Shown: piece after piece, positions 40,201 to 49,358 of the stretch | Layout of the letters: every line of letters begins with the position of its first letter | How positions within the stretch are numbered: position 1 is the stretch's first letter | NCBI GenBank assembly: GCA_004356105.1 | Contig: SMYC01000016.1 | Location: forward strand, 891-64,890 | DNA from: Acidobacteriota bacterium | GTDB taxonomy: Bacteria > Acidobacteriota > Vicinamibacteria > Marinacidobacterales > SMYC01 | Direction of reading: 5' to 3' | DNA length: 64,000 bases | Notes under the pieces: model-generated | Told to the model about the DNA's origin: nothing | What the model saw: only the letters and a program-made list of their open reading frames with translations | Database searches by the model: none | Position numbers and translations under genes: made by a program

Positions 40201-40787
40201 TCCGGGAGCGCCGTGAGGCCGAGCAGGGCGAACGGGCCGAACTGGATCGGCGCGGCCAGGGGCGGCAGGGTCAGGAAGGACAGCAACAAGGACGAGAAGG
40301 TCAAGAGGGCCAACAGGGCCAAGCTCAGCACGGCCAAGAGGGTCAACAGGGCCAACGCAGCCAGGGAGGCGCCTCTGGGCCGAGCTCGATTGGGCCAGGC
40401 GACCAGACCGGTGGCGGCGGCTACCAGCCTGGACAATTCTCCACGGAAGAGCTCCGGCAGCTGCGCCGTGAGTTCCACGAGCGCGTGTCGGATGCCGAGG
40501 CCCTACGGCAGGACCTCGCGCGCCAGAAGCTCAACGTGCCCGACCTCGGTGAGATCATCCGCCGGATGAAAGAGTTCGATAAAAAGCAGATCTACTTGAA
40601 TCCCCTCGGTCTCGAGCAGCTCGAAGAAGAGGTGTTGACAGATCTCAAGCAGTTCGAGTACTGGTTACGGCGCGAGCTCGAGGGCCTCACGGAGGGCGAG
40701 CTCTACGTCGCGGGCTCGGACCAAGTTCCCGCGGGGTACCGGAATCTCGTCGAGGAGTATTTTCGGGCGCTTTCGCGAGAGCAATGA
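37275..40787 (+). CDS. Large membrane-anchored protein (1170 aa) with N-terminal TM helices and a long Gln/Gly-rich coiled-coil C-terminal region (DUF4175/TIGR02302-like)
   Basis: It has two to three N-terminal TM helices. Low-complexity runs include QGGMQGGGGGGMEG, QQGGGGGGGQ and GQGRQGQEGQQQGREGQEGQQGQ, with heptad-like charged segments. It is the last big gene of the MoxR operon. Confidence 0.5.
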   Translation: MEIFETSGYPQLLRVIRYVRSRWRIRNTVRGIAFLLLFGLVAFAISAYGMEYFRYSAWSVRLFRIFTYVALVGVALRFLIRPLAKRVTNEQVALYIEEHDPSLKEALSSALEVGGFENGEGRTKKADASVSPALIEKLVEQTVERCESIDYGHVIDQDGLKKSSAVFLAVAVAGMIAVLLSPGFLRYGAGLLLNPMRSAQAASPYLIVVEPGDIGVARGADQLVTAELQGFDAEESDIAVKSEGEDEWRRLPMSFDDETGLYSFMLFDLEDPTEYYVEAHGVRSDLFRVDVSDLPYVRRIDLEYEFPSYTGLSPQRVEDGGDIAALRGTKVHLSIHPTVRVAGGVLAVEDKDPVPLQLGPDGNLSVTLELVEDGFYRIDLESFDETLQPASPDYAIELLSDQPPSVTIVKPGRDSKVNPIEEVFTEIKGEDDYGLRRLELVFSVNGGEEQIVVLYDGRGKKEMIAGYTFFLEDYELQPGDFISYYARAKDVGGTQVAMTDIYFIEARPFDRQYRQAQGGMQGGGGGGMEGTLSLRQREIVAATFKLIRDKAKYKKRDWEENLTTIALMEGRLRDQVTNLLRRMGNRGITAVDSDFVTISESLKKAIDEMGLAEESLTVKDPDEAMPFEQRALQHLQRADAFFREVQVSFQQGGGGGGGQAASAEDLADLFELELDKLRNQYEMVQRGQRQSVDNEVDEALQRLQELARRQQQENERMRRRASRLRNQMGGGSGMSQRELAEQTKELARELERLSRDHSSPDLKDTARRLEQAANDMMRAGARGDDGALAEGLAALDKLKDARRLLDKNRSVRLERDMDDVIEQVERLKAQQERIQSEVSKLSAQGQGSGERLKRIFERKDELAEQVANLESQLDRMARDSRSEQKEASRKIQEAANSIRDTKLKEKIRYSKGVVQGRSGQYADNFETVIGEDIESLRDRLGEARGAIGKSEQDKVAEAINQTRDLVRNLESLSERIRERREAEQGERAELDRRGQGRQGQEGQQQGREGQEGQQGQAQHGQEGQQGQRSQGGASGPSSIGPGDQTGGGGYQPGQFSTEELRQLRREFHERVSDAEALRQDLARQKLNVPDLGEIIRRMKEFDKKQIYLNPLGLEQLEEEVLTDLKQFEYWLRRELEGLTEGELYVAGSDQVPAGYRNLVEEYFRALSREQ

Positions 40788-40859
40788 GCCGCCCTGGCGG
40801 TAACCGAGCCGAGATGCTACGCTAGTTTCAAGCATCTTCCAAGAAAATCGGGGTTTCCC

Positions 40860-41492
40860 ATGCCGAGAATTGCGTCGTTTCTTTTCGCCGCCGTGCTCTT
40901 GCTTACCTGGTCTGCCTCTGCCTCACCTGCTGGGCAGTCGCTCGGCGAGCTTGCGCGCAAGGAGCGTGAGCGCCGTGATGAGAACAAAGCCCAAGGCGTC
41001 GCCGCCCGAGAGTTCGCGGAGGCGGAGATCTTCGAACAGGAGGAGGACTTCGATGCCGAGGAAGGTGAAGACGGTGCCGACGCCAACGAAAGCGATCCCG
41101 ACAACAGCACCGACATCGCCGGCGATCCAGAAGGGGCTAGAAGGCGCAGCTCGATAGGCCTCGACGCCGCCTTGGACGATCCCGAATCTGCCAACCGGGA
41201 AAACGAGAGCCGGGACCGTAGTCGACGCGAAGCCGATTTCCGAGCGCGCTATCAAACTGCAAAACAACGTGAGGCCGCCGCGCAAAAGCGCAAGCAAAAC
41301 CTCGATGGTATTTACGTCGTCGAGGGAGTCCGGTATGTCGACGAAAAAGGGAATACGGTCATCGAATCTCTCGATCATTTGCGCCGCCTCATTCGGGAGG
41401 CCGAACAGGAGCGGCAGGCTGCAGCAGAGACCGTGAAGGCGCTCGAAGAAGAGGCGCATCGGCAGAACTATCCAAAAGGGTGGCTACGTTAG
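40860..41492 (+). CDS. Secreted highly acidic hypothetical protein
   Basis: Signal peptide (FLFAAVLLLTWSASA), then D/E-rich low complexity. Confidence 0.4.
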   Translation: MPRIASFLFAAVLLLTWSASASPAGQSLGELARKERERRDENKAQGVAAREFAEAEIFEQEEDFDAEEGEDGADANESDPDNSTDIAGDPEGARRRSSIGLDAALDDPESANRENESRDRSRREADFRARYQTAKQREAAAQKRKQNLDGIYVVEGVRYVDEKGNTVIESLDHLRRLIREAEQERQAAAETVKALEEEAHRQNYPKGWLR

Positions 41493-42649
41493 CCAGACCC
41501 AGCGTCGATCAAGCTTCCAGCCTCGACCACGCTTCCGTTCGAAACCCGCGCTCCATCGCCCACCACCGCGCCGAGCCGGTCGAGCTCCGGGTGCACGCGC
41601 TTTCCTTTGACGTCGATCGTGAGCTCGCGTCCCGAAGCGCTCGAGAGCTTCGCCCCCTTGCCGATCTCCACGCCCTCGCCGAGCACCGAGTCGAGCACGG
41701 TCGCGCCCTCGCCGATATGGACGTTGTCGAAAAGAGCGCTGCCTTCGACGCGAGCGCCGTCACCGACCGAGCATCCGGCCCCGATCGTGGTCGGGCCCAC
41801 GAGGAGCACCCCGTCGCCGAGCCGTACGCCGTTTCCGAGCCTGATCGGACCTTCTAGGCGTACGTCCTTTCCGAAGCTCACGAAATCGAAATCGAAATCA
41901 TCAGTACGTGCTCTCGAGGCCTCGTGTCTCGTCTCCGCGATGCCCAGGTCCTTCGCTCGTTGCGGGTCCGCCCAGATGTGACGTATGGCCGTCAGCACGT
42001 CCCATCCATAGGTCAAGGGCAACCACCACTGGGTGATAGCCTGCGGCCGAACCTTCGAGTCGCGCACGAGTCTCAGGATGAAATCGGGAAGCTCCAGCTC
42101 GCCGCGCGGGCTCAAAGGGAGATCGTCCAGTAGATTCAAGTCGTCATATTCGATGCAATAGCCTCCGACGCTGCAGAGCGCGCCGGGCTCGGGATTTGGC
42201 GGCTTTTCCACGATATCAATGACCGCGTCGAGCTCGCAACGGACCACCGCACGGTTTTGAGGGTCCGGCGCCTGCGTCACAAGGAGTCCGCGTCCGCCCT
42301 CGAGCAGCGCTTTCAGGTCGGCGTGATGATAAAAATCGTCTCCATTGAGCACGAGGCTTCTCTCGGAGATATAGGGACGCGCGGTGAGCACCGCATCGGC
42401 GGTTCCGCGTTGAGTCCGTTGCTCGGCATAGCGCAAACGGATACCGCGATACTCGCTTCCGAAATGAGACTCGATTTGCTCATGCCGGTAACCCACCACG
42501 AGTATGGCTTCGTCGACCAGACCGGCCAGTTGACCGAGCTGATGCTCGAGAAGCGGCCGGTCCCAAATGGGGATCAGGGGCTTTGGGCGTGTGCGGGTGA
42601 GCGGATAGGTGCGGGTCGATCGGCCCGCGGCGAGGAGCACGGCTTGCAT
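41489..42649 (-). CDS. Sugar-phosphate nucleotidyltransferase with a C-terminal left-handed beta-helix (GlmU/RmlA-like bifunctional architecture)
   Basis: MQAVLLAAGRSTRTYPLTRTRPKPLIPI is an NTP-transferase N-terminus. Hexapeptide repeats (VRLGDGVLL, IGAGCSVGDGARVEGS) at the C-terminus. Confidence 0.7.
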   Translation of the reverse strand: MQAVLLAAGRSTRTYPLTRTRPKPLIPIWDRPLLEHQLGQLAGLVDEAILVVGYRHEQIESHFGSEYRGIRLRYAEQRTQRGTADAVLTARPYISERSLVLNGDDFYHHADLKALLEGGRGLLVTQAPDPQNRAVVRCELDAVIDIVEKPPNPEPGALCSVGGYCIEYDDLNLLDDLPLSPRGELELPDFILRLVRDSKVRPQAITQWWLPLTYGWDVLTAIRHIWADPQRAKDLGIAETRHEASRARTDDFDFDFVSFGKDVRLEGPIRLGNGVRLGDGVLLVGPTTIGAGCSVGDGARVEGSALFDNVHIGEGATVLDSVLGEGVEIGKGAKLSSASGRELTIDVKGKRVHPELDRLGAVVGDGARVSNGSVVEAGSLIDAGSG

Positions 42650-42702
42650 AGTCTCGAGAGACGATCGTACCACGCTCCGCCGCGGTAGGTTAGATAGACA
42701 AC

Positions 42703-43707
42703 GTGGATCCGCGGTACACTAAACCTGAGATCGAGACGAGCATGAGCAGCCTGATCGCCGAACGCGCTGCCGCGAATCTGCAAGTCGTGGACTTGTGTCG
42801 CGTTCGGCCTCACGAGCTTCGTCGCCTATGGGAGCGAGAGGCGCGGCTTTGGCGCCAGCGTTTCGACTGGGATGTGACGACCGCTATGTCCGCCCTCGAG
42901 CGAGCCGTCGATCGTGGCGGGCTCGTCGGCAAAGCTATCCGATGCGATGGCGTGACAGCCGCCTATGCCTACTACGTCGTCGAAGGTGATCGTGGCGTGA
43001 TCTCAGGGCTCGTCGTCTCTCCGGCCTTTCGGGATTCCGAGATCGGGCGCATGATGCTCCAAGCGATTCTCGAAGACTTGTACCGCCGCGGAGTGCGTCG
43101 CATCGAGACCCAATTCGTTTGCTTCGATGCTCCGTGGCTCGCCGAATGCTTCGAAGCCGAAGGCTTTCAAACCTTTTGGCGTGATTTCCTTCGAAGAACA
43201 GTGTCGCGGGTCCACCCCGATGCTGGCTCCTCGAACCGCGTGGTGCTGCTGCGGTGGACGGCGTGGAACTTGTCCGAGATGGCGGCGTTGATGGAGCGCG
43301 CCCATCGAGGTGGCGCCGACGCCGAGATGAACGAGCTCTATCGTTCGAGCTCCGGTTGCCGTCTTCTGCTCAACAATATCGTGCGCCAGCGCGGCTGCGG
43401 GAAAGCTCTAACCGAAGTCTCCACCGTGGCACGCGAGCCGTCGACCGATGCCGCCGCGGGCTTTGCGATCGTAACCGAGATCGCCAAGGGGCATGGCCAT
43501 CTTGCTCAAGTGGCCGTGGACCCGATCTTTCAGCGGCAAGGCGTTGGGCGTTTGCTTGTTACCAATACTCTCGATCGACTCGCGGCCATCGGGATCCGAA
43601 CCTTGTCACTCATGGTCAGTCGCGACAACGATCGCGCCCTACACCTCTATCGTAGTCTGGGCTTCGAATCGATCTATCGCTTTCCGGTCTTCAGCCTCGA
43701 GCGCTAA
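42703..43707 (+). CDS. Tandem GNAT N-acetyltransferase
   Basis: Two acetyl-CoA-binding motifs: VVSPAFRDSEIGRMMLQA and VAVDPIFQRQGVGRLLVTNTL. Confidence 0.7.
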   Translation: MDPRYTKPEIETSMSSLIAERAAANLQVVDLCRVRPHELRRLWEREARLWRQRFDWDVTTAMSALERAVDRGGLVGKAIRCDGVTAAYAYYVVEGDRGVISGLVVSPAFRDSEIGRMMLQAILEDLYRRGVRRIETQFVCFDAPWLAECFEAEGFQTFWRDFLRRTVSRVHPDAGSSNRVVLLRWTAWNLSEMAALMERAHRGGADAEMNELYRSSSGCRLLLNNIVRQRGCGKALTEVSTVAREPSTDAAAGFAIVTEIAKGHGHLAQVAVDPIFQRQGVGRLLVTNTLDRLAAIGIRTLSLMVSRDNDRALHLYRSLGFESIYRFPVFSLER

Positions 43708-43733
43708 AAAAAAGCCAAACGCCATGCGCCCGC

Positions 43734-45854
43734 TCACCGGGTGAGCACTTCGATTTCCGAGAGCGCGGGCGGTCTCCCGTCGATCCCACGAAGTTTTAGT
43801 CTCAGCCGCGCTGTCTCGAAAGGTGCTAGAGAGATCGTCTGGGTTCCGTTCAAAGGCGTCTCTATCAAGCCTTCGATGAGCGCGGCCACCGCGGGCCAGT
43901 CCGGTGGCCCGGCGCCGCGGGTCCCCGGTCGTCCACTTGCGGCACTAGCGTCATCAAAGAACAATTCGAACGCGACGACGGGCGTGCGCGGCACCGGCCC
44001 ATAGTGAAAGCGGAGTCCTGCCACTTCGGTGAGCTCTTCGAGCTCCACCTCGAGCTCGAGGACCGTCTCTTTGGCTTCGAAGGGCTCGGCCGTGACGCCG
44101 TCGAAGAGCGCCTCGATACTTCCCGAGACGGGGACGCTCTCGAGAGCGGGTGCCTTTGCACCAAGCTTCGATCGAGTGGGATCGGGAAGGACCTCGAAAA
44201 CGATGTCGGTTCCGAAATCTCGGACCGGGAGGAGAGCTTCCCGTTGCGTTTCTATACCGCTCAGAAGCCTCAAGAGCGCCGGTTTGCGAAAGGCGCCTAG
44301 ATGCAGCACGACGTAGCGCACTTCGAGGTGCCTCAGCACGGCGATGGCGTCGGGGGAGGGAAATCGTCCGAGCGCGACTTTCAGCCATTGATGAGACATC
44401 GGGATGAAGCCGCTATCTCCGTTCAGCATGGGCCGAAAGTTGTGATGACGAGCCCAGAACATATAGCGCGTGTCCACTACTTTGAACGGAAGTTCGACGA
44501 TCGGCCCCGGCTCGGCATCGCGCAGCCATCTATAGACTTCCGGCGGCGCATCGCGATGAGGCTCGAGCCGGTAAGGGAGCGCGGTGGACTCGACCACGAA
44601 GAAGACAAGGATGGCCCCGAATATGGTTTTGCGACGGCCGACGCCTTCGAGAAGCCATGCGAGGCCGTAGGCGGAGAATACAGACAAGCTCAATAACGGC
44701 AGAAGGCTGAAGCGCGTAAGCGCGCGCAACCCTCGAAAAAAGACGACATGCTCATAGAGAAACGGATGGATGGGAGTCGCAGGCCCGAGCGACAAAATGA
44801 TACCCGTTAGAAAGATGGCCGCGTAGCAAACGCCGATGGTGCGCCCCCCGTTTTTCTTGACGAGCGTCGCGAGGCCCGTGCCGCCGAGGGTAATCAAGGT
44901 AAAGCCAGGAAAGAGAAAATCGGTGCGCCCCTCCGGGCTCGTCAAGGCTTCGGTGATCGATCGGTAGAGATGACTGGAAGAGGCTAGATAGGCTTGGGGC
45001 GTCGCGGAGAGCGAGCCGAGACCGGACAGGTCCCACTCGACGCCGAGCTCGCGATTCACCCAGAGATAGGGAAGCGCGAACGGTACGAGCACGGCTGCCA
45101 TGGCGATGAGCGCTGCGAGCAGGTAGCCCCATTCGCGGCGCGACAAACCAGCGTAGGGAAAGAGTGTTATGAGCGCCACGCCGAGGGCGACCGCGGCGAT
45201 GGCCCCGAGATAGGTACCTGACAGCGCTTGCAACACGAACGCCGCGGCTGCGAGGACGAGCCAGCGAGGCCGATGCGTCTCGGCATATCGGTGCAGCCCG
45301 GCGAGAAACAGAGGGATGAACGCATAGAGCTGCATTTGGAGGTGAGGGAGGCGATTGAAGCGGAAAGGAGCGAACGAAAAGAAGATGCCCGCGAGAATCG
45401 CGGCGAGATGGTCGCGCGTGAGCGCATAGGCCAGGAAATACATCCCGAGTCCCGAGGCGAACATCGAGAAGAGAAGGATAAAGTTGTTTGTCAATACGAG
45501 ATCGTCCGTCAGCGCGAGAAGCGGGATCGCGAGAATCCCCTGTAATGTCAGATGTTCGGAATAGGCCAGCGTGTGCGGCAGCGGGTAGAAGGTGTTGGCT
45601 TCGAACAGCGCGAGCGGATCCTCGAGAAGCTGATGCGCCACCCAAGAGATGGCCCATGCGTTCAGCCGGGCGTCGCCGTTATCGAGCCGGGAGAATGTGG
45701 CCGGGTGAAACGCGAGCGGGTAGCTAAGGAGCACGGTGGCCACGGCGAAGACGAGCGCGGCCCAAGCAACCTCTCGCCCGGTTGGTCCCGAGTCGGCTAG
45801 AGGCGCGAGCCGGGGCTCCGGCTCGATGACGCCTTTGCGAGATTTCAGGGGCAC
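43734..45854 (-). CDS. Large polytopic membrane protein; possible glycosyltransferase (GT39/YfhO-like) with a C-terminal soluble domain
   Basis: The 706-aa protein has more than 10 hydrophobic helices in the N-terminal 450 aa, then a soluble ~250-aa C-terminus. The family call is weak. Confidence 0.4.
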   Translation of the reverse strand: MPLKSRKGVIEPEPRLAPLADSGPTGREVAWAALVFAVATVLLSYPLAFHPATFSRLDNGDARLNAWAISWVAHQLLEDPLALFEANTFYPLPHTLAYSEHLTLQGILAIPLLALTDDLVLTNNFILLFSMFASGLGMYFLAYALTRDHLAAILAGIFFSFAPFRFNRLPHLQMQLYAFIPLFLAGLHRYAETHRPRWLVLAAAAFVLQALSGTYLGAIAAVALGVALITLFPYAGLSRREWGYLLAALIAMAAVLVPFALPYLWVNRELGVEWDLSGLGSLSATPQAYLASSSHLYRSITEALTSPEGRTDFLFPGFTLITLGGTGLATLVKKNGGRTIGVCYAAIFLTGIILSLGPATPIHPFLYEHVVFFRGLRALTRFSLLPLLSLSVFSAYGLAWLLEGVGRRKTIFGAILVFFVVESTALPYRLEPHRDAPPEVYRWLRDAEPGPIVELPFKVVDTRYMFWARHHNFRPMLNGDSGFIPMSHQWLKVALGRFPSPDAIAVLRHLEVRYVVLHLGAFRKPALLRLLSGIETQREALLPVRDFGTDIVFEVLPDPTRSKLGAKAPALESVPVSGSIEALFDGVTAEPFEAKETVLELEVELEELTEVAGLRFHYGPVPRTPVVAFELFFDDASAASGRPGTRGAGPPDWPAVAALIEGLIETPLNGTQTISLAPFETARLRLKLRGIDGRPPALSEIEVLTR

Positions 45855-45990
45855 GGACGATTCAATCGCAAAAGGGAAGGCAGAAGCAAGTTTTCTGTGT
45901 CTTTTTTCGCAACAATTGCGTTCTTCAGGAGGTTATGCGTAAAATGCCGCTTTTGTCGCCCGCGATAAGGATCTCGACAGGAGGAAATGG

Positions 45991-47145
<1,155 letters not shown>

Positions 47146-47154
47146 GCAATCTGG

Positions 47155-47216
47155 GAAATATTAGTAATAGCGATCAATATTAAAAAGCGTAACGCAAAGG
47201 CGCAAAGAAGAGCAAA
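47155..47216 (+). repeat. Dispersed ~50-bp motif, copy 1 (AATATT..CGATCAATATTAAAAAGCGTAACGCAAAGGCGCAAAGAAG). It is the left inverted boundary of the ASST island.
   Basis: It matches the reverse complement of 49283-49352 over about 55 bp and resembles 55506-55556 / 55628-55697. Confidence 0.8.
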
Positions 47217-47264
47217 GTTGGATTCTAAAAGGGCGCTCGCTCGTTCGAGCCATTGTCCGCGAGG

Positions 47265-47579
47265 CTAAAATTCGCTCCGCCGAGGCTTTTTGTGGTGACG
47301 CCGTCGACGACGGGGACTGGGTTCGTTCATCGTTTCGAGGCGTTCGGGATCGAAGCCCACTGCCCAAAGCGTACTTGCGACGCCATAGACGATGTGCCCG
47401 TTAGGCGGGTAGCGTGGGCTGCTGCCGCCGGAGACGAGGACCTTCTTCTCTTCGCTTGATAGCTTGAGCTTCGTGTCGCGAGCGCGATACACCTCGCCCA
47501 TACCACTGCTCCGATGGGCGCGAGGATCTCGTAAGCTCCGAGTCGGGTTCCCGATGGGAGGGCCATTCACGTTACTCAC
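47265..47579 (-). pseudogene. Internally deleted relic of a Ser/Thr kinase / TolB-propeller gene
   Basis: One frame reads MALPSGTRLGAYEILAPIGA. It continues in another frame as GMGEVYRARDTKL (kinase Gly-loop / VAIK region), followed directly by a propeller-like tail. The catalytic domain is missing. Confidence 0.5.
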
Positions 47580-49110
47580 TGTTTGAAATCAGGTCTGCGA
47601 GTCCGGGGTAGTCGATTGGGTATTTGTTCGCACGATACAGGGTATGCGGAGCGTCGACTTCGTTCTTGTAGACGTATTCCCAAACGATATCGCCGGATGG
47701 CGTGACTTCACGCAATTTGGCGCCGGCGCCTTGATTGATCAGCGTATTTCCGTTCGGCAGGCGCTGAGCGCCCGAGATGTACCATGAGAAGAACCGTTCT
47801 GGCGGCTCGGGGTTGTATGCCCAGACCAGATCTTTGGGGCCATACGGCATGCCGTCTAGTGCCTCGTAGCTGCCGTCTGGATTCACGTCTGGTGTGAACT
47901 CGACGACGGTCGAATACGGCCGCGAATCATCATCGCCATTGTTGAATATCAATATGTTCCCAGCGCCCGGAAGGCCCGGGTGGATCCACTGCACGTCGTG
48001 CTGAAGGAAAAGAGTGCGATCGTTTTCGCTGCCGCGGTCGTAATTCGCTGGGTTACCCCATCGATACAACAAGTCACCGCCCTTGCCATAGCGACCACCA
48101 GAGTGCCCAGCGGATTGCTGTGGCGAGGTGCTGTGATCGATGATCAGGATTTCACTCATCGATCGGAAAGACATAGCGATTTGATCCAGCTCCGGGTTGT
48201 AATCAAGGGCGTTGGCATGGGTCCAGTCGGCCGACACGGTTCCATCATCGGAGTTCTGCCGAAACACATTGATATTGAGATGCTCGGGATGGTCAGCCAC
48301 AACACCGTAGTTGGATTTCCCTGGGTCGAAATCTTGAATCAAGTGATGCCGGATACTCCACTCCCAGACGACATCCAGAGTGTACGGATTGACCTCGATG
48401 ACGCCCTCGTACCAGAACTCACCGTTTTCCGCGACATGTTCAGGATCACGCCCCTGAGAGACAGCCTCGTCCGAGGTCACTTTTTCCCACACGAGCGTCA
48501 GAACATTGCCGTTATCCAACTTGACGACATCATGATGATTTATGTAATTGTCGGTGTTCAGGTTGATGCGCCATACCAGTTCACCCGACGCCGTATATTC
48601 TTCGATACAACCTGTCCTACCGCCCTGGGTGAAGCCTTTCGGACGGCCATTGCTAGACACCAAGCGGTGGCCATTCGGTAGCAATTGGGAGTAGGAGGGG
48701 TAGTAATCGCCTTCAAACGTAGCCACGATCTCTTTGGCGTCGTTGATCAGAAAAGACTCTTTGACGGCGCTTGGCTCAATGAGCACGTAGCCAGGTGAAA
48801 CACGATCCCAATCTGTGTCGACCAGATCCCGGTCCGCACCTATGGCGAGTCTCTTGACGTTATTTTCAGGCATTTCACTGATTTCGGTCCCAACCGGACC
48901 TGCCATGCCACCGTTTGAGCTCGGCATATTCTCAACACCACAATCCGAGGTAACGGTCATTGTCGATCGGTAAATCGGACGCAATGTCGGCGCATCACTG
49001 CCGGCTGCACCTTCCCGCTCGTCATTGCCCGAATTCACGCCACAGCCGCCGGCGATCGTCGCGATCCAGATAATCGTTACAAGTAGCAGTCGAAGTTTGT
49101 TCGCACTCAT
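47572..49110 (-). CDS. Arylsulfotransferase (ASST)-family beta-propeller lipoprotein
   Basis: Lipobox IAGGC. The repeated LPNGHRLV / NGNVLTL / NGNTLI blade motifs and HHDV / HANA histidines are typical of ASST-like proteins. Its GC content is visibly lower than the flanks. Confidence 0.6.
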   Translation of the reverse strand: MSANKLRLLLVTIIWIATIAGGCGVNSGNDEREGAAGSDAPTLRPIYRSTMTVTSDCGVENMPSSNGGMAGPVGTEISEMPENNVKRLAIGADRDLVDTDWDRVSPGYVLIEPSAVKESFLINDAKEIVATFEGDYYPSYSQLLPNGHRLVSSNGRPKGFTQGGRTGCIEEYTASGELVWRINLNTDNYINHHDVVKLDNGNVLTLVWEKVTSDEAVSQGRDPEHVAENGEFWYEGVIEVNPYTLDVVWEWSIRHHLIQDFDPGKSNYGVVADHPEHLNINVFRQNSDDGTVSADWTHANALDYNPELDQIAMSFRSMSEILIIDHSTSPQQSAGHSGGRYGKGGDLLYRWGNPANYDRGSENDRTLFLQHDVQWIHPGLPGAGNILIFNNGDDDSRPYSTVVEFTPDVNPDGSYEALDGMPYGPKDLVWAYNPEPPERFFSWYISGAQRLPNGNTLINQGAGAKLREVTPSGDIVWEYVYKNEVDAPHTLYRANKYPIDYPGLADLISNSE

Positions 49111-49282
49111 ATCTCACTTTGCTCAGCGAAATTGTCCAAGTAGTCGGCCTCACTTGGGACATTTTCGAATCGAACAATATAGGATCTCCACCACCCCAAC
49201 AACCCTCACGCCGACGAAGCACGAGAAGGCCATTCGCCCCAAGCCGCCCGAGACCCCCTATTATTCCGGAAGAGACTTCTTT

Positions 49283-49352
49283 TCTTTCTTTTTTTCTTTG
49301 CGCCTTTGCGTTACGCCTTTTTTAACATTGATCGTTTTTATCAATATTGTCC
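49283..49352 (-). repeat. Dispersed ~50-bp motif, copy 2 (inverted relative to copy 1). It is the right boundary of the ASST island.
   Basis: The + strand reads CTTTGCGCCTTTGCGTTACGCCTTTTTTAACATTGATCGTTTTTATCAATATT. Confidence 0.8.
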
Positions 49353-49358
49353 GGGGAT

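Noticed and set aside
45855-45990. Possible SAM riboswitch in the metK leader
   Set aside because: The 135-nt leader shows no SAM-I (or SAM-II) consensus elements on inspection. Too little signal to call a SAM riboswitch; a covariance-model scan would settle it.
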